A DNA stretch of 64,000 nt from Patescibacteria group bacterium (lineage in GTDB: Bacteria; Patescibacteriota; Patescibacteriia; UBA11705; DATKZF01): NCBI GenBank assembly GCA_049319825.1, contig JBMORT010000002.1, positions 114,002-178,001 of the forward strand, written 5' to 3'. This document shows, piece after piece, positions 52,756-63,836 of the stretch. Numbering within the stretch: the first letter of the stretch is position 1; every line of letters begins with the position of its first letter. Under the pieces are notes generated by a model. That model saw only the letters and a list, made by a program, of their open reading frames with translations, ran no database searches and was not told where the DNA came from. Made by a program: the position numbers and the translations under genes.

Positions 52756-53805
52756 ATGCCTCTTTATCGCCTTATTTTAAAAAGGGCCTGGAAAATCAGC
52801 TGGAAAAATAAGTGGCTTTGGTTCTTGGGTTTTTTTGCCGCGTTTTTGAGCAACGAGACGGTGTATGAATCAATAATGAGCAACTTCAACACCGGATTTT
52901 CCGGCCGCGACTTCGTGTTTATCACCAAAGATTTTTTAGGAGTTGGTTTGCTTGATATTTTCAAATGGTCATTCCTCAAAGATTGGTGGACCGGCGGCGG
53001 TTTGACCTTCTCATTCATGTTGCTTTTAACTGTGGCTTTTGCCTGCCTGCTCTTGTTTTTTCTTTTTATGTCGATTATTTCTCAAGCCGGCCTGGTGAAA
53101 TCGGCCATTACCATTGATTTGGGCAAGAAAATTTCATTAAAACAGGCTTTTCAGTCGGGGATAGAAAAATTTTGGACGGTTTTATGCCTCAATATATTAA
53201 CCAAAGTTATTTTTTTCGGAGCATTTGTTTTTATCGGCTATCTGTTTTCATTGTTGATAAAAGTTAATCCGATCGGGGTGATCGATTATTTTCTATATTT
53301 CCTTTTCGCCGCTATTTTGATATTCGGTGCGTTGATCATTTATTATCTCACCATTTATGGCACGGCCTTCATTGTTCTTCGCGGAAAAAAATTGTTTTCT
53401 AGCATCGGTTTGGCTTGGCACATATTTATCCGAAATATCGTGATTAATTTGGAAATGGCTTTGATTTTATTTGCAATCGTGGTTATAGTCACCATTGCTT
53501 ATCTCATCACCGTCTTTATTTTGGGCGTCCCACTCGTTTTGGTTTATATGTTGCTGAGTTTTGCTTTGGCTCAAAAAGGCGCGCTGATCGCCGCTGGTTT
53601 GGCCGTGGTCATGCTCTTGATAGTTACGGTTTTATTCGGGGCCTGGTATTCAACCTTCCAGCTGTCTTGCTGGTCATTATTGTTTGAGGAGCTGGCGCTG
53701 AAGCGAGCCAAATCAAAGATCAGTCGGATAGTCGAATCGGTCAGATCATCTCTCGGTCGCGCTCCGAGCAGAACCGTAAAACGATCCCATCGCCGAAAAA
53801 AATAA
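52756..53805 (+). CDS. hypothetical polytopic membrane protein
   Basis: 349 aa with about 6 TM segments and a basic C-terminus. No family recognised. Confidence 0.45.
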   Translation: MPLYRLILKRAWKISWKNKWLWFLGFFAAFLSNETVYESIMSNFNTGFSGRDFVFITKDFLGVGLLDIFKWSFLKDWWTGGGLTFSFMLLLTVAFACLLLFFLFMSIISQAGLVKSAITIDLGKKISLKQAFQSGIEKFWTVLCLNILTKVIFFGAFVFIGYLFSLLIKVNPIGVIDYFLYFLFAAILIFGALIIYYLTIYGTAFIVLRGKKLFSSIGLAWHIFIRNIVINLEMALILFAIVVIVTIAYLITVFILGVPLVLVYMLLSFALAQKGALIAAGLAVVMLLIVTVLFGAWYSTFQLSCWSLLFEELALKRAKSKISRIVESVRSSLGRAPSRTVKRSHRRKK

Positions 53806-53853
53806 AAAAACGCCGTTGATAACGGCGTTTTTCAATATTAATTCATGGCCAGA

Positions 53854-54996
53854 TTATTTGTTTGTTTTTTGCCAAACCGTGATTCTTCTGATTAAATGTT
53901 GAGTCGGTCTGGTATAATCCTGATCCTCGATGAGTTTGTACCCGAGTCCGATGATCCGATTGTCGATGTTCAGGCATATCACGGTTTTACCAAATTTAAA
54001 TTTTGGAAAAATGAAGACGATTGAGTGGCTCGGCGCCAACAAACGCTGAAATTTTTCAAAGGTCTGAAAATAGAGTTCCTCAAGGTCTTTTTTTATTTTA
54101 TCCAGATCAATTCTTTTTTCCCTGCCGGAAAGAGGCTTGCCCAAAAACGGTTCAGTGACCACCGCATCGGGCAAAAATGAAAGATCGGTTCGTGAAATTT
54201 TTAGGATATCATGCGTCAGCAGTTGTATTTGAGAGTTGATTTTAAATGTTTTTTTCAACCAATCGATATTTTTTTGAGCTTTGACCACGGTTTCCAGATT
54301 TTTATCCGAACCGATGATTTTTTCAAATCCGGATACTGCTCCTTGCTGCGGTATTGTGCCAAATCCGCAAAAAGGATCCCAGAGATTATTTGTTTTTTGA
54401 GGGATCAAATTGATCATAATTTGCGCTATTTTCGGGGGGAGCATGCCGATCTTGGGATCAAATTCCGGTCGGCCATAGTCGAGTTTGTTCCAGCGTTCAA
54501 AGTTTTGAACCGCCAGAGTTTTGCCTGTCATAAACATACCGTGCAGATGAAAAAAGCACAGCTCTGTTCCGACAGTTATCAGTTTGTTTTTAGTCACGGC
54601 GACAGCGGATAATTCATTGCTTTTCGGGCTGACGAATCGGCAGGAAACTTTTTGTTTTATCAGTTTTTTCAATTCCAATCCGAGCCGGCGAACATTAAAA
54701 TTTTGATTTGAATAATTGCTTAAACCAAAGGTGATTTTTTGCTTGTTAATATTTAACAATTCGATCAGCGCTTCCGGCTTCAATTGCTCGGATTCAAAGA
54801 TTATCTGGCCGAACTTGACACTGCCGCCGAGCCGGCCAAACAAATCAGTGGGAATTTTATTTTTCGATTCGATCACAAAAACATTGTGACTGAAAATCAC
54901 TTTTTTAAATTCTATCGATTCACCGCGAAACACGCTTTCCAATTCAACCTTGGATAAATTCGGTGTCCGGCCGAAGATGAAAAAATACTTGGTCAT
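53854..54996 (-). CDS. putative SAM-dependent RNA methyltransferase
   Basis: Motif I-like DPFCGFGTI and downstream motif IV-like VTEPF. The ORF-track start at 55215 is TTG; the first ATG is at 54996. Confidence 0.5.
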   Translation of the reverse strand: MTKYFFIFGRTPNLSKVELESVFRGESIEFKKVIFSHNVFVIESKNKIPTDLFGRLGGSVKFGQIIFESEQLKPEALIELLNINKQKITFGLSNYSNQNFNVRRLGLELKKLIKQKVSCRFVSPKSNELSAVAVTKNKLITVGTELCFFHLHGMFMTGKTLAVQNFERWNKLDYGRPEFDPKIGMLPPKIAQIMINLIPQKTNNLWDPFCGFGTIPQQGAVSGFEKIIGSDKNLETVVKAQKNIDWLKKTFKINSQIQLLTHDILKISRTDLSFLPDAVVTEPFLGKPLSGREKRIDLDKIKKDLEELYFQTFEKFQRLLAPSHSIVFIFPKFKFGKTVICLNIDNRIIGLGYKLIEDQDYTRPTQHLIRRITVWQKTNK

Positions 54997-55279
54997 ATGT
55001 ATAATTGTGGCCGCTGGGCGGAAACCACGTAAGTGTCGATGATTGCCATAAATCAAATTCAACAAGTAATTAAATAAAAGCCTGCGTCCAGGCCAGGCCT
55101 CAGCAAAGAATATAGAGGAGAGAGATTTTTCGGTTTCGAATATGTTGTTACATACCCTGGCCGAAATATATTCAAGGCTGTCTAACTTGGCAAGACGCAG
55201 GCTTATATTCTCCAATGCTCAACTATTTTGACATATTTATCGGTAAATTGCAAGTCCTTGTCTAAATTTGCATAAAATA

Positions 55280-55308
55280 TTGACAAAAATGATTGAATTT
55301 GATATAAT
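55280..55308 (+). promoter_or_regulatory. consensus sigma70 promoter for the helicase gene
   Basis: TTGACA-17 nt-TATAAT (perfect consensus hexamers), about 55 nt upstream of the GTG start. Confidence 0.6.
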
Positions 55309-55364
55309 TTAAGACTGAGCTTGAACATTTAAAAGCATAAAACATAAGGGAAAGGAACAAAGCG

Positions 55365-57779
55365 GTGTCTCAAATTCGTCGGTTGGCGGTGATCTGTCCG
55401 ATGCGCAGTCATTGCGAAACGATCAGAGCAATTTTCGAAAACGGGGAGGTGTCGACTTTTCTGAAAGAGCATTTCAATCAGGATCTCGAAGAAATGGCCC
55501 GGTGCCAATACCCCTGGGGAATTGTCGCCGGAACCGGAACCGGGAAGACATTTTTCGTCAGGCAGATCGCTCAGACTTTGTTTGGCGAAAATTTCAGCTT
55601 CGATGTCGTCAATCGGGAAGAGGAAGCCACGGAAAAAACATGGCGTTCTGACGTTCTGGTGATCACCAGCGGCGTGGCCATGCACTATTTGAAGGCTGGT
55701 ATTTTTTCCGAAAACGACATTATCATTATCGATGAGATTCATCAAACGTCAGAGCATTTGGAAGTGGCCATGGCTTTGGCCAAAAAGCTGGGTATCACCG
55801 TGTGCTGGATGTCGGCGACGATTGATTCCGATCTTTTCTCGAAATATTTCGGCACCAGCAAGATTTTGGCTTGCGCGATCAGCGATCCGGAAAAGCAGGC
55901 GAGCGTTAAGGTGCTGGAGTTTGCGTCGCGCGCTTCATGGTTTTACCGCTCTGGCATTCAAACTCAGCTGTCGCCGGTCGAGTATTATCTCTCGAGCCAG
56001 GGTGGCCTCAACGACATCATTCAACATAAGCGCGGATCGGTGGTGTTCGTGCCAACCAGGCGAGAAGCCGAGGTTTTCGCCGATAAATACGCGAAGACCG
56101 CCGGGCTGCATGTTGATTTTTATCACGGCGGCGAGAACGCCAAAAAGCTCAGAAAGTACTTGCGGGGAGAGATCGAGCGGCCGTTTTTGATCTTCATGAC
56201 CGCGGCCGGATCTTCATCGCTGAACATTTCCGGGTTGGACACCGTCATCATTCAGGACGAAACTTTTCGGCAGGTCGTTCATTCCGGAGTCAAGGTGCTC
56301 GAAAAGGTCAGTTTGTCAAATAACGACATTCTGCAAATGGCCGGCCGAGTGATCGGCCGAGTCAATGGGGGATCGGTTATTATTTTGACCCATCGGTCGA
56401 TTATTTTCGAAGAACTCCGGCCCCAGTTGCCGGAATTCGTGCTCGGCGGGGATTTGGAGCAAGTGGCGTTGATTTGCGCGCGGCTCGATATTTCGCTTGA
56501 CGAACTCGATCCGATCGGTGATATCGATCGCGACGAATTCGCGCGCATCAGGCAGCTGCTTCGACAACGAAAGTTGATTTCCGAGGACAATAAACTGACC
56601 GGATATGGTGAAAAAATCGACCGTTTACCGGTCAGCCGAGCCTGGGCCGAAAATCTGATCACCGCTGAGCCGGACACAGAGCTATTCGCCGTGGTGCTTG
56701 TTTGCAGCTGCATTAGCTCGCTGTACGACCTGCTTATTCGGAATCAGAAGCAGGAATTTCACGGCATCGCGGAAATGATCATCAGCGGCAACGATTTTTT
56801 GACCGGCTACTCGATCATCGAGGAGGTGGTCAATAACGACGCGTTGTCATACGTTTGGAAAGATAACATCACCGGTGAAACAGAGTATCGCTTCACCAAG
56901 GAATTCCCACACTGGTGTCGTGACAATGGAGTTTCTTCAAAGGCGGTCAGAGAAGTGCTGCTGGCCGTCAAGTCGGTCTGCCGCGCATATCGACAACCCC
57001 TATATCGGGAGCTGCCGGTGATTTCCCCGGGCAATGATCTCGAGGGAAAATTCAACCGGCTGCTGATCGCGGTGCGGTCGCTTGAGTTGGCGGCCCATAA
57101 CGGCCTGACCATCGCCGGCCACATGGTATTTCCGTCCAGCCGCAGTGTCTGTGGCCATAACGTCGGCGGTCAGCGCGCCATGCGCGGAGCAATGATCGGT
57201 CAAAGCCGGGCATTCAAAACCAAAAGCGGCCATCAGCTCCGCAGCTTCGAAGGCGTTGAGCTGAATGTCGATGACATTCATGAATACATCGACGGCATGG
57301 AAGTCGTTGAGGTGGAGATTTCTCCCGACGGATCAAAGGCCATCGTGGCCATTCGCCTTTCGGCCTTCGGTTTTAGCGATTTCATGATGGAAAAAATGGA
57401 GCGCGACCGGTTGCCGACAAATATCGAACCCCAATTTCTTAGCCGCGCGCAATACCATTTTTTCCAGTTGCTGGCCAATTATCCGGAACGATTGATGCCG
57501 GCGGAGCAAGCGGCGGAAAATCGCGCGGTTATCGCCGCGGTGTTGTCGCTCAAAAGAGCGGAGCAACCGCTGGCCTTCTTTTACGAGATGGACGTGGCCC
57601 GCGACTGCTATCGGCATTTGATCGGCGATCGCGTCGTGTACACGACGGCGATGGCCCGTGAGCAGGGAATTGATCTGAAATTGCGGCTCGATTCGTTTTA
57701 TTCGCCCCAGCGCAGAGAGGCGCTGGAATCGGCGAAACTGAGGCAAGCTTTCCGCATCAGCGCGGCACGGCGCTGGTAA
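55365..57779 (+). CDS. hrpB: DEAH-box ATP-dependent helicase, HrpB-like
   Basis: Motif I AGTGTGKT, II DEIH, III SAT, V TAAGSSSLNISGLDTVI, VI QMAGRVIGRV. HA2-like segment LDPIGDIDRDEFARIRQLLRQRKLISEDNKLTGYGEKIDRLPVSRAWAENLI. 804 aa, GTG start. Coding sequence visibly GC-richer than neighbours. Confidence 0.7.
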   Translation: MSQIRRLAVICPMRSHCETIRAIFENGEVSTFLKEHFNQDLEEMARCQYPWGIVAGTGTGKTFFVRQIAQTLFGENFSFDVVNREEEATEKTWRSDVLVITSGVAMHYLKAGIFSENDIIIIDEIHQTSEHLEVAMALAKKLGITVCWMSATIDSDLFSKYFGTSKILACAISDPEKQASVKVLEFASRASWFYRSGIQTQLSPVEYYLSSQGGLNDIIQHKRGSVVFVPTRREAEVFADKYAKTAGLHVDFYHGGENAKKLRKYLRGEIERPFLIFMTAAGSSSLNISGLDTVIIQDETFRQVVHSGVKVLEKVSLSNNDILQMAGRVIGRVNGGSVIILTHRSIIFEELRPQLPEFVLGGDLEQVALICARLDISLDELDPIGDIDRDEFARIRQLLRQRKLISEDNKLTGYGEKIDRLPVSRAWAENLITAEPDTELFAVVLVCSCISSLYDLLIRNQKQEFHGIAEMIISGNDFLTGYSIIEEVVNNDALSYVWKDNITGETEYRFTKEFPHWCRDNGVSSKAVREVLLAVKSVCRAYRQPLYRELPVISPGNDLEGKFNRLLIAVRSLELAAHNGLTIAGHMVFPSSRSVCGHNVGGQRAMRGAMIGQSRAFKTKSGHQLRSFEGVELNVDDIHEYIDGMEVVEVEISPDGSKAIVAIRLSAFGFSDFMMEKMERDRLPTNIEPQFLSRAQYHFFQLLANYPERLMPAEQAAENRAVIAAVLSLKRAEQPLAFFYEMDVARDCYRHLIGDRVVYTTAMAREQGIDLKLRLDSFYSPQRREALESAKLRQAFRISAARRW

Positions 57780-57919
57780 GACCAAGCGATAATTCGTTTG
57801 GTCTTTTTTATTTTATCCGTTGATACTGCGATAACCGTAAATTGACATTATTTTGAAAAATTGCTAAAATAAAAGCAAACTTTTTAATCGAATAATCAAC
57901 AAGTGAAAGGAAAACTCCC

Positions 57920-59908
57920 ATGAATGTCACTGAGTTAGCCAGAATTTTAAAAGTCCCGACCTCCGAGCTATTGGAAAAATTGCCGACGCTCGGTTTTGAT
58001 ATTGGGAGAAAGGCGATAAAAGTTAATGACAAATTGGCTCAGCAGATTATGGTTGCCTGGCGAAATTTTGAAAAACAGCAAATTGAAAAAGAAAAATATT
58101 TGAAGGGTAAAGAGACCGCCGATAAAAAAGATGGAAATGAAAAGGGCGAAGTAAAAATACCTCCGGTGCTGACCGTGCGCGAATTCGCCATGCTCTTAAA
58201 TATGCCCGTAACCGAGCTGATCGCTGAATTAATGAAAAGCGGCGTGATGGCCTCGGTCAATCAGCGCATCGATTACGACACCGCAGCTATTATCGCGGAA
58301 GATTTGGGATTCCAACCCGTGGAAATGGAGCATTCGGAGTTGGAGGAGAAACAGGTGGTGGACAAAGCGCAGCGCGTTAAAGATGTCATCGAAAAAGAAA
58401 CCGATCTGGCGCCGCGTCCGCCGGTCATTGTCGTTTTAGGACATGTTGACCACGGCAAAACCAAACTGCTCGACGCCATCAGACGAACCAATGTCATGGA
58501 AGGCGAAGCCGGCGGCATTACCCAGCACATAGGCGCATATCAGGTTGTGAAAAAGGGGAGAAAAATCACGTTCATCGACACTCCCGGGCATGAAGCTTTC
58601 ACGGCCATGCGCTCGCGAGGGGCAAAAGTGGCTGATATCGCCATTTTAATCATTGCCGCCAATGACGGCATTAAGCCGCAAACAGTTGAAGCGCTTAAAA
58701 TAGCTCAAGATGCCGGACTGCCGATTGTCGTCGCTATCAATAAGATTGATTTGCCCGAAGCCAATGTCGAAAAAGTCAAACAGGAATTGACTCAATACAA
58801 TTTATTGCCGGAAGAATGGGGAGGAAAAACGATTGTCGCTCCGATTTCGGCCAAACAAAATATCGGTATTGACGAATTGCTCGACCAATTGTTATTGGTC
58901 GCGGATTTGGAACAGGAACGCATTGTCGCCAATCCAAACGGTCAATTCATCGGCGCTATCGTGGAATCTCATATCGATGAAAACTTGGGTCCGGTGGCCA
59001 CGGTGCTGGTCAAAAACGGATCGCTGAAAAAAGGAGACGCCTTAACCGATGAGGGGGTATATTACGGCAAGATCAGAGCAATGAAGGATTATAAAGGGGA
59101 CGAAATAAGCCAAGCGGACCCGTCGGTGCCGGTTCAGATCATTGGTTTTAAAGTCGCCCCGAAAGTCGGCGACGTGATTGAAGTGACTGAAGATGTGAAA
59201 AAGGCTAAAAGAAAAGCGGACTATTATAAATTATCAAAACAAGAACAATTTATATCGGTTCAACAACCGGAACAAGAATCCGATCGGGCCGGGGTGACCA
59301 AGCTGAGTATTATTTTACGAACCGACGTGCTGGGGTCTCAAGAGGCGATCATTGAATCTTTGGAAAAATTGGAAAATCAAGATATTAAAATCGATATTGT
59401 CGCTAAAGGACTGGGCAACATTACCGAATCCGACGTCCAAACCGCCGAAGCCAGCAATGCGTTGCTTTTGGGGTTTAATGTGTTGCCCTCTTCGGCCGCG
59501 CAAATTTTGGCGCAGGATAAAGGCATAAAAATCAAAACATTCAAAATAATTTACGAATTGATTGATGAAGTTAAATCCAAGCTGAATGAATTGATCAAGC
59601 CAATCATCATCCGGGATGATTTGGGTAAGATCGAGGTCCTGGCTTTGTTCAGAAAAACAGATAAGGGGCAAATCATCGGCGGCAAGGTTATTTCTGGAAA
59701 AGTCGAGGCGAATGCTCAGGCCGCCGTGTTCAGAAAAGACGAGTTTGTCGGCTTGGGCAAAATCTCGGAACTTCAATCTGGTAAGCAAGAAGTAACCGAC
59801 GTTCAAAAAGGTCAGGAAGCGGGCATGCACTTTATCGGTCAAGTCGAAATCCAAGTCGGCGATACGCTTGATATTTATCGTGAAAGAGAACAAAAGCGCG
59901 TGATTTAA
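57920..59908 (+). CDS. infB: translation initiation factor IF-2
   Basis: G domain ([20 protein letters not shown]) and C-terminal beta-barrels. TTGACA-17-TAAAAT promoter at about 57841-57869. Confidence 0.95.
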   Translation: MNVTELARILKVPTSELLEKLPTLGFDIGRKAIKVNDKLAQQIMVAWRNFEKQQIEKEKYLKGKETADKKDGNEKGEVKIPPVLTVREFAMLLNMPVTELIAELMKSGVMASVNQRIDYDTAAIIAEDLGFQPVEMEHSELEEKQVVDKAQRVKDVIEKETDLAPRPPVIVVLGHVDHGKTKLLDAIRRTNVMEGEAGGITQHIGAYQVVKKGRKITFIDTPGHEAFTAMRSRGAKVADIAILIIAANDGIKPQTVEALKIAQDAGLPIVVAINKIDLPEANVEKVKQELTQYNLLPEEWGGKTIVAPISAKQNIGIDELLDQLLLVADLEQERIVANPNGQFIGAIVESHIDENLGPVATVLVKNGSLKKGDALTDEGVYYGKIRAMKDYKGDEISQADPSVPVQIIGFKVAPKVGDVIEVTEDVKKAKRKADYYKLSKQEQFISVQQPEQESDRAGVTKLSIILRTDVLGSQEAIIESLEKLENQDIKIDIVAKGLGNITESDVQTAEASNALLLGFNVLPSSAAQILAQDKGIKIKTFKIIYELIDEVKSKLNELIKPIIIRDDLGKIEVLALFRKTDKGQIIGGKVISGKVEANAQAAVFRKDEFVGLGKISELQSGKQEVTDVQKGQEAGMHFIGQVEIQVGDTLDIYREREQKRVI

Positions 59909-60318
59909 GTTTTGAAAATAATGATAGAATGTCAAATGCGACGGTGGATTCCAGCTATTGCCTTCACTGCGGCCAAAGATATATAATAAAATAGTCTTAA
60001 ATAAAAATAAAGCCAGACAAGCAAGAAAGTAAAAAAACCAGACAAGTAATAAATTAAAAAACAAGCACTCCTCGAGCCTGAGCGCAGAGGCTCAGGCTTC
60101 GGAGCCGAAGGACAAAAACCAAATAACAAATAGGTAATAAGCTTCAAGTTTCAAATGGAAAAAAACAAAGTTTGGAATTTTGATCATTAGACTTTTAAAA
60201 ATTGTTTGATATTTGGAATTTGTGATGTGGGTTTTACCTACTTGTCGCGCTTGCGTGCCAGCCGTGGCTTCACGCAAAGGCTGGTCTCGCTCGTCTTGCT
60301 CGTCTCGCTTATAATAAT

Positions 60319-60642
60319 ATGGCAGAAATAAAATTTTCTGATGATAATTTCGAATCAGAAGTCCTCGGATTCGAAGGCCCGGTTTTAGTCGACTTTTTCG
60401 CTGATTGGTGCGGCCCTTGCCAGATGCAGGGACCGATCGTCGAAGCGCTCGCTAATGACCTGGAAGGAAAAAACATAAAAGTCGGCAAGCTCAATGTCGA
60501 TGAGAATCCGAAAATGTCGGAAAAATTCGAAATTATGAGCATTCCGACATTGATTATTTTTAAGGACGGCCAAGTCAAGGAAACTTTGCATGGTGTTCAC
60601 GGAAAAGATGATTTAAAAGACAAGCTCGAAGCATTAGTATAA
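60319..60642 (+). CDS. trxA: thioredoxin
   Basis: WCGPC active site, 107 aa. Confidence 0.95.
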   Translation: MAEIKFSDDNFESEVLGFEGPVLVDFFADWCGPCQMQGPIVEALANDLEGKNIKVGKLNVDENPKMSEKFEIMSIPTLIIFKDGQVKETLHGVHGKDDLKDKLEALV

Positions 60643-60749
60643 TTAAATTTGGGCGCAATGCGTCCTTTTTTTTTCTGTCACCTGACACATAACAAATTGA
60701 AATTTTTGGCTTTGCTCTTTGCTATGTGCTATGTGTTCCATGATGAAAT

Positions 60750-61733
60750 ATGCTAAACAAAAATATCTATGACGTCGTAATAATCGGTGGCGGACCGGCC
60801 GGCCTGACCGCTGCCATTTATGCCGGACGAAGAGAGCTAAAGGCATTGGTTTTAACCAAAGATATTGGCGGCCAAGCGTCCACGACCGATGAAATCGAAA
60901 ATTGGCCCGGAGAAATTTCCATTCTCGGCCCTGAATTAATGAAGAAATTTCAAAAGCAGGCAGAGAAATGGGGCGCAAACATTGAATTCGCCCTGGTCAG
61001 ACAGATAAAAAGAGAAAAAGACATATTTACTGTTGCCACTGATGAAAAAGAATATCACGGCCGGACCGTGATTTTGGCATTCGGACTTTCCCATCGAAAG
61101 CTCGGAGTCGAAGGCGAGAAGGAATATTTGGGCAAAGGTGTCTCCTACTGCGCCACTTGCGACGGCCCGCTTTTTAAAAACAAGGTTGTCGGGGTTATCG
61201 GCGGCGGCAATTCCGCATTAGACGCGGCCGAGTATTTGGCGAAAATCACAGAAAAGGTTTATTTGTTTGTGCGTCGCGACGCTTTTAATGAAAAAACCGA
61301 GCAAGTGTTAATCGATGCGATCGACGATTTGGAAAAGCAAGGTAAAATCGAAGTCAGGTGGAACTCCGAAGTGAAAAAGATCACGGGCGATAAATTTTTG
61401 GAAAAAGTTGAAGTTTTAAATAATAAGACAAATGAAACCAAAGCGGTCGACCTGAAAGGATTGTTTATTGAAATCGGCTTTATGCCGCAAACCGAGGTGG
61501 TCAAGGGCTTGGTTGATCTGGATGAACGGGAGCAGATCATTATTGATCAGGGATGCCAAACAAGCCGGGAAGGAATTTTCGCTGCCGGCGACGTGACGAT
61601 CAGCCCGTTTAAGCAATTGGTAACATCAGCGGGCGAGGGCGCGAAGGCGGCGCTGTCGGCATACCAATATATTCAGCAGCTCAAGGGCGACACTGTCGGT
61701 TCGATCAGGGATTATCGGATGAAAAAGATGTGA
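60750..61733 (+). CDS. trxB: thioredoxin-disulfide reductase
   Basis: FAD motif GGGPAG. Redox-active CATCDG. NAD(P) motif GGGNSA. Confidence 0.9.
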   Translation: MLNKNIYDVVIIGGGPAGLTAAIYAGRRELKALVLTKDIGGQASTTDEIENWPGEISILGPELMKKFQKQAEKWGANIEFALVRQIKREKDIFTVATDEKEYHGRTVILAFGLSHRKLGVEGEKEYLGKGVSYCATCDGPLFKNKVVGVIGGGNSALDAAEYLAKITEKVYLFVRRDAFNEKTEQVLIDAIDDLEKQGKIEVRWNSEVKKITGDKFLEKVEVLNNKTNETKAVDLKGLFIEIGFMPQTEVVKGLVDLDEREQIIIDQGCQTSREGIFAAGDVTISPFKQLVTSAGEGAKAALSAYQYIQQLKGDTVGSIRDYRMKKM

Positions 61734-61840
61734 GGGTTCCGGACCTACTGAAAACCACGAAAATATATAACAGCGTCTAGTAGTTCAAAATCAGGGATTA
61801 AGTTTTTAAAGGATTAATAATTTTTTAATAAAATTAGGGT

Positions 61841-63067
61841 ATGAGTAATGCCTTTGACAATGCCATGCGGCAGCTGGATAATGCTGCGAAAATAATCAAC
61901 TTGGATAAAAATGTCCATGAAGCGCTAAAAAGGCCTCAAAAATTAATTGAGGTTTCTTTGCCGGTAAAAATGGACGATGGCAGCTTGAAATTTTTTGAGG
62001 GGTATCGAGTTCAATATAATAATTGGCGGGGACCGTTTAAAGGCGGCGTTCGATTTTTTCCGCAAGTGGATAAAGACGAAGTCAAAGCTTTGTCGTTTTG
62101 GATGACCATAAAGTGCGCGGTTCTGGACTTGCCCCTCGGCGGCGGCAAAGGCGGCGTGACTGTGGATCCTAAGACTCTTTCGGAAAAGGAATTGGAAAAT
62201 TTAAGCCGCGCTTATGCCAGCGCTTTATTCAATGACATCGGTCCGGATAAGGACGTGCCCGCGCCCGACGTTTACACCACGCCGCAAATTATGGCCTGGA
62301 TGGCTAATGAGTATTCCAATATCAAAGGCGAGCTGACTCCCGGAGTTATTACCGGAAAGCCGATTGAGGCCGGTGGTTCTGAAGGCAGAGACACTGCCAC
62401 CGCCCAGGGCGGCTATTACCTGATCAAGAGGATAATGGAAATGGAGCAGCGTCGGCCGGAAAATCAAACAGTCGCCATCCAGGGGTTTGGCAATGCCGGA
62501 TCAGTGATGGCAGCGCTGTGCTCAAAGGACGGCCTGAAAGTGGTGGCTGTTTCTGATTCGCGCGGCGGTATTTATAAAGCCGATGGGCTGGATATCGCCC
62601 AGGTGGCGGCGCACAAAGAAAGGAGCGGTACTGTTCAAAATTTCGAAGGGGCGGAAAATATTTCCAACGAACAATTGCTCGAGCTGGATGTTCAAATATT
62701 AATCCCGGCGGCGCTCGAAAATCAGATTACTCAGGACAATGCTGATAAAATCAAAGCGAAAATTATTCTCGAGCTGGCCAATGGGCCGTTGACGCCCGAG
62801 GCGGATGTGATTTTGTTTGAAAAGGGAATTAAGGTCATTCCCGACGTCCTGGCCAATGCCGGCGGCGTGACAGTGTCATATTTTGAATGGTATCAGAATG
62901 TTCACGGACAGAGATGGGTGAAAGAAGAGGTGTTTGAGCGACTGCGTCAGAAAATGAATGAGAATTTTGATAAGGTGTTTGAGAAATCGGGCCAGTATCA
63001 AATTGATATGCGCCGAGCGGCGTTTGTTCTTGCTTTGGAAAGATTGAAGGAGTCATCACCTTATTAA
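61841..63067 (+). CDS. gdhA: Glu/Leu/Phe/Val-type amino acid dehydrogenase (glutamate dehydrogenase)
   Basis: Catalytic lysine region LPLGGGKGG and Rossmann motif GFGNAG. Confidence 0.85.
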   Translation: MSNAFDNAMRQLDNAAKIINLDKNVHEALKRPQKLIEVSLPVKMDDGSLKFFEGYRVQYNNWRGPFKGGVRFFPQVDKDEVKALSFWMTIKCAVLDLPLGGGKGGVTVDPKTLSEKELENLSRAYASALFNDIGPDKDVPAPDVYTTPQIMAWMANEYSNIKGELTPGVITGKPIEAGGSEGRDTATAQGGYYLIKRIMEMEQRRPENQTVAIQGFGNAGSVMAALCSKDGLKVVAVSDSRGGIYKADGLDIAQVAAHKERSGTVQNFEGAENISNEQLLELDVQILIPAALENQITQDNADKIKAKIILELANGPLTPEADVILFEKGIKVIPDVLANAGGVTVSYFEWYQNVHGQRWVKEEVFERLRQKMNENFDKVFEKSGQYQIDMRRAAFVLALERLKESSPY

Positions 63068-63178
63068 ATAACAAATAAATTCAAAATTCCAATGATCGAA
63101 ATTCCAAACAATGCTTTTGATCATTTGAAAATTGACATTCGGAACTTGTTTGATATTTGTGATTTGAGATTTGGAATT
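63065..63178. repeat. family A variant (AAATTCCAAAC) intergenic element
   Basis: CGAAATTCCAAACAATGC … CTTGTTTGATATTTGTGATTTGAGATTTGGAATTT. Related variant copies at 22735-22850 and 60165-60240. Confidence 0.45.
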
Positions 63179-63803
63179 TATTTTCATGCATTACGAAAAA
63201 AAACTCCATCAGCAAGGCTATAAATTTATTGCTGGAATCGACGAAGCCGGAAGAGGGGCCTGGGCCGGGCCCTTATTTGTTGGCGCGGTAATTTTGCCGG
63301 TCGATAATCTGAAGGTATTTAAAGGCATAAAAGATTCAAAAAAAATATTACCGGAAAAAAGAGTTGATTTTTTTGAAATAATCATCTCCCAATCAATTTG
63401 TTACGCCATCGGCAGAGTCGAGAGTCATGAAATCGATCAGCTGGGTATGCAAAGCGCTCATTTGCTGGCAGTGGAGCGAGCTTTTTCGTCTTTGAGCCAA
63501 TATCCTGATTATGTTTTGGTCGATCGGATCGCGAAAGTTAAATTTCCCGTTCCATTTGAAAATGTTATAAAAGGAGATGATAAATTTATAACCGTGGGTG
63601 CCGCTTCCATTATCGCCAAAGTAGCGAGAGACCGAGAAATGACAGCGCTGGCAAAGCAGTATCCACAGTTTGAGTTTAATGAGCATAAAGGCTATGGCAC
63701 GCCGCTGCATCAGAAAAAAATCGCCCAATACGGATTATGCCCGATTCATCGTCGGCTTTTTGGGCCAATCAGGGATATTGACAAAGATCGTCGCCTGTTT
63801 TAA
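63171..63803 (+). CDS. rnhB: ribonuclease HII
   Basis: GIDEAGRGAWAGPLFVGAVIL active-site region, 210 aa. Confidence 0.9.
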   Translation: MEFIFMHYEKKLHQQGYKFIAGIDEAGRGAWAGPLFVGAVILPVDNLKVFKGIKDSKKILPEKRVDFFEIIISQSICYAIGRVESHEIDQLGMQSAHLLAVERAFSSLSQYPDYVLVDRIAKVKFPVPFENVIKGDDKFITVGAASIIAKVARDREMTALAKQYPQFEFNEHKGYGTPLHQKKIAQYGLCPIHRRLFGPIRDIDKDRRLF

Positions 63804-63836
63804 TATATCATATAATATTGATAAGGGAGGAAAAAC

